64,000 nt of DNA from a virus (IMGVR_UViG_3300037424_001372:1-64000); one strand, 5' to 3'; positions 10,817 through 19,956 are shown, numbered from the stretch's first letter. Program-made: numbers and translations. The notes: generated by a model from the letters alone, not told the origin.

Positions 10817-11446
10817 TTATTTTTTCTTCAATTTTATATCAAATAAATCCTTATTAACCCTATTAGGTTTTATTTCGTTAACAATAAATTTATTTTTATC
10901 TATTTCATTAACATATTTCTGAGTAGCACTATTAACATAAAATATAGTATCTGTTTCACTAACAATTTGAACAATGCTAAGATAATCATGATTTTCTTTT
11001 TCTTTCACATAAACAACATTTTTTGCTTTTATTAATTCATTCTCCATTGCTTGATGATGCTCTTGGATATTTAATTCAAGCATTTGTTTTAATAGTCGTT
11101 TATTAGATTGGCCATAATCTAATATCATTATCAATTGTTTTTTATTAAAATCTTGATAATTATTTAATGTCATAATACCATCAATATAAACCTTATCAAT
11201 TCTTTGATTGACCACAATAAATCCTTCTTTCATTTCAGATTTCATTGAGAGCATTACGGAAGTATTTTCTTCGATAGTATTTTCAAGTTTATCAATCCTT
11301 GAATGAAATGATGATTTATATTGACCGAATGCGAAGGCTAATAAAATTAAACTACCTGCAATACTAATAATCCATTTTATAATTACTTTAGATTTATTCG
11401 GTTTTATATTTATTTCTTCAACAATATCATTTAATACAGTTTCCAT
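10817..11446 (-). CDS. membrane-anchored coiled-coil protein
   Basis: N-terminal TM segment WIISIAGSLILLAFAF; late motif upstream. Confidence 0.6.
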   Translation of the reverse strand: METVLNDIVEEINIKPNKSKVIIKWIISIAGSLILLAFAFGQYKSSFHSRIDKLENTIEENTSVMLSMKSEMKEGFIVVNQRIDKVYIDGIMTLNNYQDFNKKQLIMILDYGQSNKRLLKQMLELNIQEHHQAMENELIKAKNVVYVKEKENHDYLSIVQIVSETDTIFYVNSATQKYVNEIDKNKFIVNEIKPNRVNKDLFDIKLKKK

Positions 11447-11525
11447 TTAAGTACTTTTTTTAATATTAATGTTATTTATCATAAATACTAAAAAAGAATC
11501 ATATTGCTGGACAAATTACTAATAT

Positions 11526-12047
11526 TTAACCAATTTTATTATAAATATGAAGCAATTCTTTTAATGAATTTATTCTCATATTGCCAACATCATATTGTAA
11601 ATTATTACATGCAGAATACAAATAAGTTGTAATACCGGCATTATTTAATTCTTGATAATTTTTGATATAATCATCAACAAAAACATCAATACCAGATTTT
11701 TTTGCCACATCAATTTTACTACATTCCCTACCAATTGAGTGAACTGGTTTATCAGGAAATCCATGATTTAATAACCATTGTTTACTAACTTCAGAAGGTA
11801 CGTCTCTTGAAGTAATGTAGCAATGTGGTTCAAATGGTATGTCATCAGATTTTTGAAGTGGAGGTATGTTTAAAAAGAAATCATTTAATGTGTTATTTAA
11901 ATGCATTTCCACAAATCTTTCCTCAAACTTATCATCTATATGATATGAAGTAGGATTTGGATTAATATCTGGGTATTTAAGATACCATGCTTTAATAAAA
12001 TTAGCAAGCACTCCATCAATATCTAATCCAATTTTAAATGATTTCAT
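11526..12047 (-). CDS. 5'(3')-deoxyribonucleotidase (HAD/NT5C family)
   Basis: DIDGVLANF, ITSR and FVDD motifs. Confidence 0.85.
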   Translation of the reverse strand: MKSFKIGLDIDGVLANFIKAWYLKYPDINPNPTSYHIDDKFEERFVEMHLNNTLNDFFLNIPPLQKSDDIPFEPHCYITSRDVPSEVSKQWLLNHGFPDKPVHSIGRECSKIDVAKKSGIDVFVDDYIKNYQELNNAGITTYLYSACNNLQYDVGNMRINSLKELLHIYNKIG

Positions 12048-12645
12048 TTTTTCGAATGTTATTTAATGCAATGTATTTAACAAATTCTATCAAATTTGAT
12101 ATTGGGGGAATATTATCATAAATATAATCAAATCCATCATAATCATCTAAATCAATTTCTGATTGATGTAGCATATTTCTATCATCACCAGTTTTGCTTT
12201 TTAATGGGTCACCATTTAATCGAATTAAAATTCCGCCCTTCTCTTTAATTATTTTGGCTTCATTTTTAAAACGAACATCCGTCACAATCCAATTACATTC
12301 ATCGGTATATGAACCAAACAATGATAATATCCACGCATTATTATGTATAATATTTCTAATACCTTCGGTACCGACCTTTTGTTGCATTTCACCAACAGTC
12401 ATTCCCCATTCTGGTAAATATTTTAACTTACCTTCTCTTGAAAATGCATCTTCCTTAGAAATACCAGCAAGTATACTAACAATTAATTTCAAATTGTATG
12501 CAAATTTCTTGTTTTCAAATTCAATACCATATTCATTTTTCACATGTTCAATGAATAAGTCGGCAAAAGTATCTTTGCCACTACCGATTTTTCCACTGAT
12601 TGCGATTAGGTGGGGTCGTCCAATTTTCATTTCTAATTTCTCCAT
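12034..12645 (-). CDS. deoxynucleoside monophosphate kinase (T4 gp1-like)
   Basis: SGKIGSGKDT P-loop, QKVGTE, TDVRFKNE, HQSE. Confidence 0.9.
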   Translation of the reverse strand: MEKLEMKIGRPHLIAISGKIGSGKDTFADLFIEHVKNEYGIEFENKKFAYNLKLIVSILAGISKEDAFSREGKLKYLPEWGMTVGEMQQKVGTEGIRNIIHNNAWILSLFGSYTDECNWIVTDVRFKNEAKIIKEKGGILIRLNGDPLKSKTGDDRNMLHQSEIDLDDYDGFDYIYDNIPPISNLIEFVKYIALNNIRKNEII

Positions 12646-12657
12646 TTATATTACTAA

Positions 12658-13014
12658 TTATTCAAATACTTTAACACCAAACATTTCTTCAAGTTGTTTA
12701 TATGGTGCTTCAAACTTTTGAGTATCTGTTTTAATATTATCATTAATTGAATACACTTCAAGTTCTTCTGCTTCCATTTGATAATCTTCTTGTGTTTGTA
12801 GTTTTTCTATTTTACTTTTTTTTCTAATATCTGTCATATAAATAAACAACGCCCTAAGATGCCCCGGGGGTAAATCGGGATGTGAAACTATTCTTAATGA
12901 ACCTAATGGTTTATCATCTTGGTTATTTCTTAATAACCAACGAGCATCAACACGATGCTCGCTTACAAAACCTCTTAATCTTTCCCAATGACTATCATTT
13001 AAATCTAACTCCAT
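12658..13014 (-). CDS. hypothetical protein
   Basis: ORF track. Confidence 0.65.
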   Translation of the reverse strand: MELDLNDSHWERLRGFVSEHRVDARWLLRNNQDDKPLGSLRIVSHPDLPPGHLRALFIYMTDIRKKSKIEKLQTQEDYQMEAEELEVYSINDNIKTDTQKFEAPYKQLEEMFGVKVFE

Positions 13015-13301
13015 TACTTTTCAATTAAATCTGTTGAAATTATTCGTTCAGGACAACCATGAATTTCTAAGCATCTAACTGCCAAAGCAGCAACTTTTCT
13101 TAATTCATCAAGAGCCTGATTATTATCAAGATAATATATACTACTTTTGGCTTTATTTAAATGAAATTCAATATAATTAATCCATTCAGCAGGTGGTTTT
13201 TCTTCATCAGAAATACCATTTAATGATTTATAATCATTCCATTTTAAATCTTGATATTTTCGTTCAATATCTATATTTAGATATACTTCTTTACGTTCCA
13301 T
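13014..13301 (-). CDS. MazG-like all-alpha nucleotide pyrophosphohydrolase-like protein
   Basis: ERKYQD.KW..ELRKVAALAV; start moved to MERKEV. Confidence 0.5.
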   Translation of the reverse strand: MERKEVYLNIDIERKYQDLKWNDYKSLNGISDEEKPPAEWINYIEFHLNKAKSSIYYLDNNQALDELRKVAALAVRCLEIHGCPERIISTDLIEK

Positions 13302-13302
13302 A

Positions 13303-13728
13303 TTATTTACGATTAGCCTTACGACTAGCTTTAGCCAGTTTATTTTTCTTTTTACGTGCTTTCTTATATTCAACACCATAAGAATTAATTGTTATGTTTT
13401 TCATAACAACAATGTCGGTCCCAACTTTTTTAACAGGATGTTTTTGTTGGCGAACTTTACTTTTAGAGTTTTTTAATTGTTGAACATATAATGCTTTAAG
13501 TTCTTCTTCAGAAAGTTCACCATCTTCTGAGGCATTAATACCTTCTTCAATTTCATCTTCTGTAAGAGTTTCGCCAACAATTAAATTTTCGTTAGCACTA
13601 TTTACTTCAGAAAGTAAATTAGCAATTTTTTCGTTATTTTCAGTCATTTCCAAATGTTTTACAATGTCGTCCATAGTAAATGATATTTCAGGATATACCA
13701 CCCAATTATTATTATTCATTTTGGACAT
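13303..13728 (-). CDS. hypothetical protein with basic C-terminus
   Basis: ORF track. Confidence 0.6.
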   Translation of the reverse strand: MSKMNNNNWVVYPEISFTMDDIVKHLEMTENNEKIANLLSEVNSANENLIVGETLTEDEIEEGINASEDGELSEEELKALYVQQLKNSKSKVRQQKHPVKKVGTDIVVMKNITINSYGVEYKKARKKKNKLAKASRKANRK

Positions 13729-14735
13729 GTGATTATTTTTTTGTAAAACTAATGATTTCCTTCTTTAAATGCAAGAAAAAAGGGAGCTAACGCTCCCTTT
13801 TTATTAAAAATATTTATTAGACAAGTACTTTAGTCGATCAGTCATAGAAATATATGTGGATTAAAAATTTACTTTAGAACTTCTACTAAAATTTCTTATT
13901 TTAGTTTTTAATTTATTATTATTACAGTTATTACCACTATAATGATTCACATAATTATTATTATAATTTCTATTAATATTATTAATTGGTATAAAATGTA
14001 TTTGATAACAAGGTGTTAAAAAAAATCCAATGTAAAAAATGATTTTATTTTCAAAATTATTATTTGTCATATATTATTTGTTAATTGATATTAATTATTC
14101 ATTTCCAAATTTAAATATAATTTTTCTAATTATCATATAACTTGAAAAACAAATTGACATTATTTTAATGATAATTAAAAATCACAAAACTTATTTTCAC
14201 GCTAGTTTTAATCTTTTGGCAATTATTGTAACATGCCAATCGTCACAATATTTTATTGGTTTATTTTCTTGATATGAAAAAATTTCCCAATTATCATTCC
14301 CGATCTCATTTAATTTAGTCATTAAATCACCAATATTTTTAATATTGATTTCAATTCTAGCATACTCCCACATATCTAATATTTTAAAATAAATACTAAT
14401 TATAAATATTCTATTCAATACTTTTAATCAATAGTAGCTGATTGTAATATTTTCATCAAATGTTGGTAGGATATATTTAAAATATTCAGTTTCTGTAATA
14501 GTATATTTATATTTCTTTGGTAATAATAAACATGAAATTCTATATCCTCTTAATTTTTGATGTGAATCAATAGTTTTTATGTCATCTTCACTTAAAACAA
14601 CCATATAAGTTTCTTTATTGACATATTTGAAATCTGATTTCATTTCAATTTTATGCACAGAACTTGTGATATTTTTAATACCATAAACTTTTATAATATT
14701 CATAATTATGGGTTCATTTTATCAATATATGTTTT

Positions 14736-14848
14736 CACAGTATCTAAAGACACGGAAAAACCATGCAATTAGTTTACGATTTTAATAATCGATGGGATTA
14801 CTGATAACCCCTCTATCCCATCAGCAAAAACATTTGGGATTGCTTTTT
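14736..14848 (-). mobile_element. IS200/IS605 tnpB 3'-end / right-end remnant, copy 1
   Basis: Encodes KAIPNVFADGIEGLSVIPSIIKIVN*; near-identical copy at 18471-18585. Confidence 0.6.
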
Positions 14849-14879
14849 AAAAAAATGATAGATTTTTTCAAATATTTGA

Positions 14880-14959
14880 TGGTAACGGTGATGAGATTCG
14901 AACTCACATTGATTCCAATTACACTTCCACAGTTTAGAAGACTGTTGTGATACACCGTC
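14880..14959 (-). tRNA. tRNA-Arg(UCU), lacking a canonical D-arm, encoded CCA
   Basis: GACGGTG acceptor, ACAGT-CTTCTAA-ACTGT, GTGAG-TTCGAAT-CTCAT, ACCA end. Confidence 0.7.
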
Positions 14960-15264
14960 ATATTATTTTTTGTAAATGTATTCATTAATAATGAATAAAC
15001 AAATTTTTTTTAAAAAATATTTATAAATAATCAAATTCAATTGTTTAAATGTTATATAATTATTATTAATATTTACATAATTCACACATTAATGTCTTTT
15101 TTAAAAAAGAATGACTATTTATATGTAAATAACATTTAACATTAATAGAATATCCAACACATAATTTTGAGCATTCTGTCTGATTTGAACATCATATCTT
15201 GATTACAATCTATTGTTTAATAAATAACTGATCTGCCTTTGAGCCACATGTGCAAATAAATAAA

Positions 15265-15458
15265 TATTGTTTGGTGAACTCCCCAATTACTGTTCACTAT
15301 ATACTGCTTTAGTTAAGTTTTACGTTGCAACGGCTGAGTGAGGTTTGATGTATTATCAACTACTTGGCTTTCCCCATGTCATGGAAATTATAACAGGATT
15401 CGAACCCACGCCTTTCTAAGATATGTCTATCATAGATTTCATCATACATCCAAACAAT
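15265..15458 (-). ncRNA. candidate structured RNA containing a tRNA-like T-loop
   Basis: Closed by ATTGTTTGG..CCAAACAAT; contains GGGTTCGAATCC. Confidence 0.35.
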
Positions 15459-15467
15459 ATTTACTTG

Positions 15468-15541
15468 CGCCTCGAATAGGACTCGAACCTATAACCCACA
15501 GATTAACAGTCTGTTGCGCTAACCAATTACGCTATCGAGGC
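15468..15541 (-). tRNA. tRNA-Asn(GUU)
   Basis: ACAGA-CTGTTAA-TCTGT; full cloverleaf. Confidence 0.9.
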
Positions 15542-15554
15542 AATTTGTTGAGTA

Positions 15555-15962
15555 TTATTTACTCAACATTTCTTTAACAACGCTGCTTGATATTCTACCA
15601 TCAATTAAGGAAGCATTTGGGAGTTTTTTTATCTCACCCATAACTTTACCAATATCAGCCATTGAAGCATATCCGTTATCAGAAATTATCTTTGTAATAA
15701 TAGTACTGATTTCAGTCATATCCAACATTTGGGGCAAATATTTTGATAAAATTTCAACATCTTTAAATGACCCAACAATTTCAGCATCGTTAGATACTTT
15801 TCTAATTACTTTTACAGAAATTTCATCAGGTAACTCTTTACCATGTTTTTCAATTTCTCTCGCAAATTCACCCATAACAACTCTAAGAATTGATTTGGTG
15901 GCTTCGTCTTTGTTTAGCATAGCGGATTTCAAATCAACGCTAATTTGTTTTTGTATTGTCAT
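15555..15962 (-). CDS. GatB/YqeY domain protein
   Basis: DLKSAMLNKD..ILSKYLPQML..IGKVMG. Confidence 0.85.
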   Translation of the reverse strand: MTIQKQISVDLKSAMLNKDEATKSILRVVMGEFAREIEKHGKELPDEISVKVIRKVSNDAEIVGSFKDVEILSKYLPQMLDMTEISTIITKIISDNGYASMADIGKVMGEIKKLPNASLIDGRISSSVVKEMLSK

Positions 15963-16005
15963 AAATCTTTCAATAAAAATGTTTAGCAATATTTTATGAG
16001 ATGTG

Positions 16006-16079
16006 TGGGCCTGAAGGGATTTGAACCCCCTATCTCCTGATTATGAGTCAGATGCATCTACCAAATATGCTACAGGCCA
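16006..16079 (-). tRNA. tRNA-Met or Ile2 (CAU)
   Basis: TCTGA-CTCATAA-TCAGG. Confidence 0.85.
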
Positions 16080-16084
16080 ATGTG

Positions 16085-16170
16085 AGCAGATAGTGGAATT
16101 CGAACCCACGTTGTGATGTTATCTTTCCAGCTTGGAATGCTGGCACAATCGACCACTATGTGATATCTGC
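16085..16170 (-). tRNA. tRNA-Gly(UCC), extended variable region
   Basis: CCAGC-ATTCCAA-GCTGG; U73. Confidence 0.8.
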
Positions 16171-16173
16171 ATT

Positions 16174-16677
16174 TTAACATTTAAAAACTATAATGTCTTG
16201 TGGGGCTTTTTTATTACCACCAAAATAAAAACCTAGCATATAACCAAATCCATTTTTTTTAATAGGTATTACTTCATGTTTATAACAATTACCATCAACA
16301 AAATATAAAATACTATTTTCATTGGGATTGTATGATATCAAAACATGAACCCAAATATTTAAATCAACAGTAGTAATTATTTTAGGTTTTTGTCTAATAC
16401 CATTAATATATTCATAAGTTAGAATTTCGATACTATTGTTGTTAGAACTTGGCCTCCATCCTAATCTAAATGAATTATTATGATGTAATCCAATACTAAA
16501 GCCAAACAATTTATTTATATCTAATTGGTCGTTATCATTAAAATCATAAAGACATGAAGATGTAAACATAAACGATGTCGTTTTTGTTGTGGGACAATGT
16601 TTATTAACAATAATAGGTGTCGGAATCCATATTAATGGATAGTGACGACCACTTTTTATTTTAATTTTCTTAAACAT
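16174..16677 (-). CDS. hypothetical beta-rich phage protein
   Basis: INKLFGFS..HHNNS.R.GWR..YFGGNKKAP. Confidence 0.65.
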   Translation of the reverse strand: MFKKIKIKSGRHYPLIWIPTPIIVNKHCPTTKTTSFMFTSSCLYDFNDNDQLDINKLFGFSIGLHHNNSFRLGWRPSSNNNSIEILTYEYINGIRQKPKIITTVDLNIWVHVLISYNPNENSILYFVDGNCYKHEVIPIKKNGFGYMLGFYFGGNKKAPQDIIVFKC

Positions 16678-16877
16678 TATTTATCTTTTTTAAAGAACCA
16701 ACTATAACAAATAAATCCAATTGATATTACAAAAAATGATACAATACCGACATTAATATTATTGAATAGTAATCCCATACCAGTAGCTATAATACCAAAT
16801 AAGATAAATCGTGAAAAACCAATTAATAAATTAAGTAACACACTACCTAATCCATTTTTTTTAAAATATTTTCCCAT
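16677..16877 (-). CDS. small two-TM membrane protein
   Basis: Two hydrophobic segments. Confidence 0.6.
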   Translation of the reverse strand: MGKYFKKNGLGSVLLNLLIGFSRFILFGIIATGMGLLFNNINVGIVSFFVISIGFICYSWFFKKDK

Positions 16878-16931
16878 AATAATTTTATTTTAAGATAAAT
16901 ACCTTTATCAATAATAATATTAGTTTATTAA

Positions 16932-17297
16932 CTATATTTTCCAATCAATGAATTCTAATTGAAAATCATTTGAAATTAATTCTGATAAATTAACAACAAA
17001 TTCTTTAATAAATAAATTAAATTCATTTCGATTTGGTTTATAGTGACCGCTATTATTATTAATGTAAGTTATTTTACCATCCTCATTAATAATCATTTCA
17101 CCTGCCATTATAAGTTCTCGACATTTTTTATTTAATTTAAAGTGTCCGAAACCAAATAATAATTCGTTATCATTGTTGACAACAAAATCAATTTTTCGAT
17201 TTATCGCTTCATCAATAATATTAATCGAATCTTCAATTATTTCAAAATCATATGTTTTACTTCCTACTTGTGGTAAAAATTCTTTTAACAGTACCAT
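16932..17297 (-). CDS. SGHY-motif protein (polymorphic-toxin-like domain), paralog 2
   Basis: GHFKL..AGEM..GKI.YINNNSGHYKP. Confidence 0.55.
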   Translation of the reverse strand: MVLLKEFLPQVGSKTYDFEIIEDSINIIDEAINRKIDFVVNNDNELLFGFGHFKLNKKCRELIMAGEMIINEDGKITYINNNSGHYKPNRNEFNLFIKEFVVNLSELISNDFQLEFIDWKI

Positions 17298-17347
17298 TTT
17301 TTAATCATTTTTGAAGTGATACGATAATCTAAATAAAAAGTTACAAA

Positions 17348-17782
17348 TTATTCATGTCTTTTTTCAATTTGAGTTTCAGGCGTAGTTAAATTCATTTCTC
17401 TAAATAAATTATAAATATCTTGAACATTTTGATGACTTGGTTCATAATGACCCGATTCATTATTTAAATAAATAATTTTACCTTGGTCATTAATTTTAAT
17501 TTCACCAGCAGCTTTAATATTAGGTGCTTTTTTAGATAATTTATAATGTCCACCACCAATCGTTAAATTACCATCCATATCAACAACAAAATCATATAAT
17601 ATGTTTGGTTCGAATCTATTATCAAGAACTTCAACACTATCTGCAGTTACATTTGTTGGAAATTTACCTACTCTACTTAACTGTGGCGCATCGCTTTTTA
17701 ATGTAATGTTAGGTAATGTGCTAACATCAAATTCGTCAACAAAATCATTGATTTCTTCTTTGATAATATTAATAATATTCAT
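17348..17782 (-). CDS. SGHY-motif protein with IIKEE N-terminus, paralog 1
   Basis: GHYKL..AAGEI..GKI.YLNNESGHYEP; late motif upstream. Confidence 0.55.
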   Translation of the reverse strand: MNIINIIKEEINDFVDEFDVSTLPNITLKSDAPQLSRVGKFPTNVTADSVEVLDNRFEPNILYDFVVDMDGNLTIGGGHYKLSKKAPNIKAAGEIKINDQGKIIYLNNESGHYEPSHQNVQDIYNLFREMNLTTPETQIEKRHE

Positions 17783-17844
17783 AACAAAATTTTAATATAA
17801 ATACCATTAATAATTTAAAAATGATATTCAATCAATTTTTAATG

Positions 17845-17935
17845 CGGAAAGCAGAGGACCCGACCCCCATCCGATTTTACTCGAAACCATGTTTTCAAGA
17901 CATGTCGCCACTCCAATGTAACTGCTTTACTTTCC
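17845..17935 (-). tRNA. tRNA-Ser(UGA)
   Basis: CATGT-CTTGAAA-ACATG, long V arm, G73; T-loop divergent. Confidence 0.75.
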
Positions 17936-18056
17936 ATTATCTTTTATATAATTTTCAACCATCTAGTATATTGTCACAGTTTTTAATTTTCAAATTATTA
18001 TTATCATTTGTTATCCAACAAGTACCGTATTGTGAATTACAAAAAACGACCAAGGG

Positions 18057-18142
18057 CGGAGAGTAAGGGACTCGAACCCTTGCGCCACGAATGACCTAAC
18101 ACGTTAGCAATGTGCCCCCTTCACCAACTTGGGTAACTCTCC
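18057..18142 (-). tRNA. tRNA-Ser(GCU)
   Basis: GCACA-TTGCTAA-CGTGT, long V arm, G73. Confidence 0.9.
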
Positions 18143-18203
18143 GAAAATGACCTTATTCATTACAAACACAATATGTTGGTCAAACCAGTATTGATTGGTT
18201 TTG

Positions 18204-18278
18204 TCGCCTCGATGAGACTTGAACTCATAACTTCCACGTTATCAGCGTGGTGCTCTAACCAGATTGAACTACGAGGCA
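18204..18278 (-). tRNA. tRNA-Ile(GAU)
   Basis: CCACG-CTGATAA-CGTGG. Confidence 0.9.
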
Positions 18279-18330
18279 ATATAAAAAAGAACTCACTAAA
18301 TTGCTTTAGCTGGTTCTAAACTAATTGAAA

Positions 18331-18474
18331 CTATATTTCAATTTTACGAATTTCATTCAAAATTGCTTTTGGATTAATTTCACTAGTCGATACTTTTTCA
18401 TAGATATCACTAGAATATCCGAACAAGTTAATCAACTTTTCATTTTGTTTGAACATAGTACTACAATATCCACA
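18331..18474 (-). pseudogene. C-terminal relic of a probable TROVE/Ro60 protein
   Basis: CGYCSTMFKQNEKLINLFGYSSDIYEKVSTSEINPKAILNEIRKIEI* resembles the TROVE C-terminus; cut at a tnpB end; Y-RNA-like elements upstream. Confidence 0.5.
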
Positions 18475-18585
18475 GTATCTAAAAAAATATAAAAAATATG
18501 CAATTAGTTTACGATTTTAATAATCGATGGGATCACTGATAATCCCTCTATCCCATCAGCAAAAACATTTGGGACTGCTTTTTTT
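18471..18585 (-). mobile_element. IS200/IS605 tnpB 3'-end / right-end remnant, copy 2
   Basis: KKAVPNVFADGIEGLSVIPSIIKIVN*; duplicate of 14736-14848. Confidence 0.6.
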
Positions 18586-18628
18586 AATATAAAGAGTTTT
18601 TATACCGTTGGTATTATTTAGGTAAAAT

Positions 18629-18708
18629 AAGAGGGAATATTGATATCGATATTGTTTCAATGTTTGATTAACTGTCAAGTCGAAGTAACCGAATATCTTA
18701 CCACTTTT
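18629..18708 (-). ncRNA. Y-RNA-like element A
   Basis: AGTGGTAA..GGTTACTTCG 5' motif pairing with ..ATTCCCTCT 3' end. Confidence 0.5.
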
Positions 18709-18720
18709 AATGTTTAATTG

Positions 18721-18802
18721 TTGCGAGAGTGGGACTCGAACCCACGAGGCACTAGGCGGTAGGTTATGTGCCTACTAAGATACTAACTTCTTACATCTCG
18801 CA
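18721..18802 (-). tRNA. tRNA-Met(CAU), extended variable region, A33
   Basis: GTAGG-CACATAA-CCTAC; TGCGAGA acceptor. Confidence 0.7.
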
Positions 18803-18828
18803 ATATTTTTTTGCCCATTTTGGACTAG

Positions 18829-18967
18829 CAGGGAGGGCTGGAGTCGAACCCACATACTTTTGCACATAAAACAAATGCTTTAACCATTTCGAAGTAACCA
18901 AATCAATAACTACTATTGCTAGAGAATACTAGATTTAGTGAATTTTCTTTTTTTTAGCTACCTCCCC
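18829..18967 (-). ncRNA. tRNA-like RNA (UAU loop) with a permuted Y-RNA-like stem inserted in the D-loop (element B)
   Basis: GGGGAGG/CCTCCCT acceptor, GCT..AGC D-stem around an insert containing GGTTACTTCG, GGGTTCGACTCC T-loop. Confidence 0.45.
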
Positions 18968-18977
18968 ATATGATATT

Positions 18978-19108
18978 AGTAAGGGAAAGGGTGAAAGAGT
19001 GTCATTGTTGTAAAAAGCTGGAATTGAACCAGCAACTTTTTAATCCCAAATTAAACGTACTACCATTGTACAATTTTTACGAAGTAACTCTTTCTATCAC
19101 CACTTACT
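18978..19108 (-). ncRNA. Y-RNA-like element C enclosing a complete tRNA-Pro(UGG)-like cloverleaf (19009-19080)
   Basis: AGTAAGTGGTGATAGAAAGAGTTACTTC-[cloverleaf]-CACTCTTTCACCCTTTCCCTTACT. Confidence 0.55.
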
Positions 19109-19233
19109 ATATTGTAAGTAATTTTATTTTACATCTTCAGTATTTCAAATAACGTTTTTGTTTGACAAACATAAGATATTTTTTTTAATTCCAAACATTT
19201 TTTTTTAAAAAATTTAATATTTAAAAAATAACG

Positions 19234-19307
19234 CGCACATAATAGGATTTGAACCTATGACATTTCGCTTAACAGGCGAACGCTCTAACCAACTGAGCTA
19301 TATGTGC
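19234..19307 (-). tRNA. tRNA-Asn(GUU)
   Basis: TTCGC-CTGTTAA-GCGAA. Confidence 0.9.
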
Positions 19308-19312
19308 AAGAG

Positions 19313-19384
19313 AGTAGGTGACAGGATTCGAACCTGCATAAGATGGGTTGCAGCCAACTACCTAAACCGATCGGACACACCTAC
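19313..19384 (-). tRNA. tRNA-Cys(GCA)
   Basis: GTTGG-CTGCAAC-CCATC; U73. Confidence 0.85.
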
Positions 19385-19553
19385 ATAATTATAAAACATT
19401 TCGTCATTCATAACATTGTATGAATGTGCAGTAATCACCACGAGCAGGTAGTTTTATATGATTACCAAACCAGCATGTCAAAGGACTTTTTCTTTTTATA
19501 TTGTTATTACGACATATAATGTATTTATGTTACAATAATAACATATTTTTTTG

Positions 19554-19636
19554 AGCTGAGTGTCAGATTCGAACTGACGTGTCCTTTCGGATTTGGGTTA
19601 CAAAGCCAACGCAATCGACCACTATGCGAACTCAGC
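19554..19636 (-). tRNA. tRNA-Thr(UGU), extended variable arm
   Basis: TTGGC-TTTGTAA-CCCAA; TCC-GAAA-GGA V arm. Confidence 0.75.
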
Positions 19637-19649
19637 GAACTCATTAAAT

Positions 19650-19680
19650 AAAAAACCCGAATCTTTCGAATCGGGTTTTT
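19650..19680 (-). terminator. attenuator terminator of tRNA operon 1
   Basis: AAAAACCCGA-TTCGAAAGAT-TCGGGTTTTTT; competing strand GGGTTTTTGTTT at 19720-19731. Confidence 0.85.
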
Positions 19681-19701
19681 GTCTTTTGTTCAGAAATTTC
19701 G

Positions 19702-19836
19702 TTAAACTTCCGTATCACTAAACAAAAACCCATTATCACTTCTGTCACTACTATTAAACGAACAGAATATACTATTTCCATTGCGACTAATTGTAGTCGT
19801 TATAGAGCTAATGATATTTGTAAATAATGTTTTCAT
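19702..19836 (-). CDS. leader peptide 1 (44 aa), MKTLFTNIISSITTTISRNGNSIFCSFNSSDRSDNGFLFSDTEV
   Basis: Between promoter and terminator; composition matches downstream tRNAs. Confidence 0.8.
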   Translation of the reverse strand: MKTLFTNIISSITTTISRNGNSIFCSFNSSDRSDNGFLFSDTEV

Positions 19837-19897
19837 TTTTTATATTTTATAATTTTAATTGTCGGGAAAATCCCGTCTTGAGTTTATAAATACTCAG

Positions 19898-19928
19898 CAA
19901 AGATATAAAATGTTGATACAACTGCAAA
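19898..19928 (-). promoter_or_regulatory. Bacteroidota primary-sigma promoter of tRNA operon 1, with adjacent late motif
   Basis: TTTG-N19-TATCTTTG then GTATTTATA. Confidence 0.8.
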
Positions 19929-19956
19929 CTTTTTTTCATCTTTTTTGAAGAAAAAT

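Noticed and set aside
15265-15458. tmRNA or RNase P RNA
   Set aside because: No Ala-type acceptor with tag ORF, no RNase P P4 consensus, and too short.
18629-19108. CRISPR array from GAAGTAAC repeats
   Set aside because: Only three degenerate copies with irregular spacing and structured interiors; no cas genes in the window.
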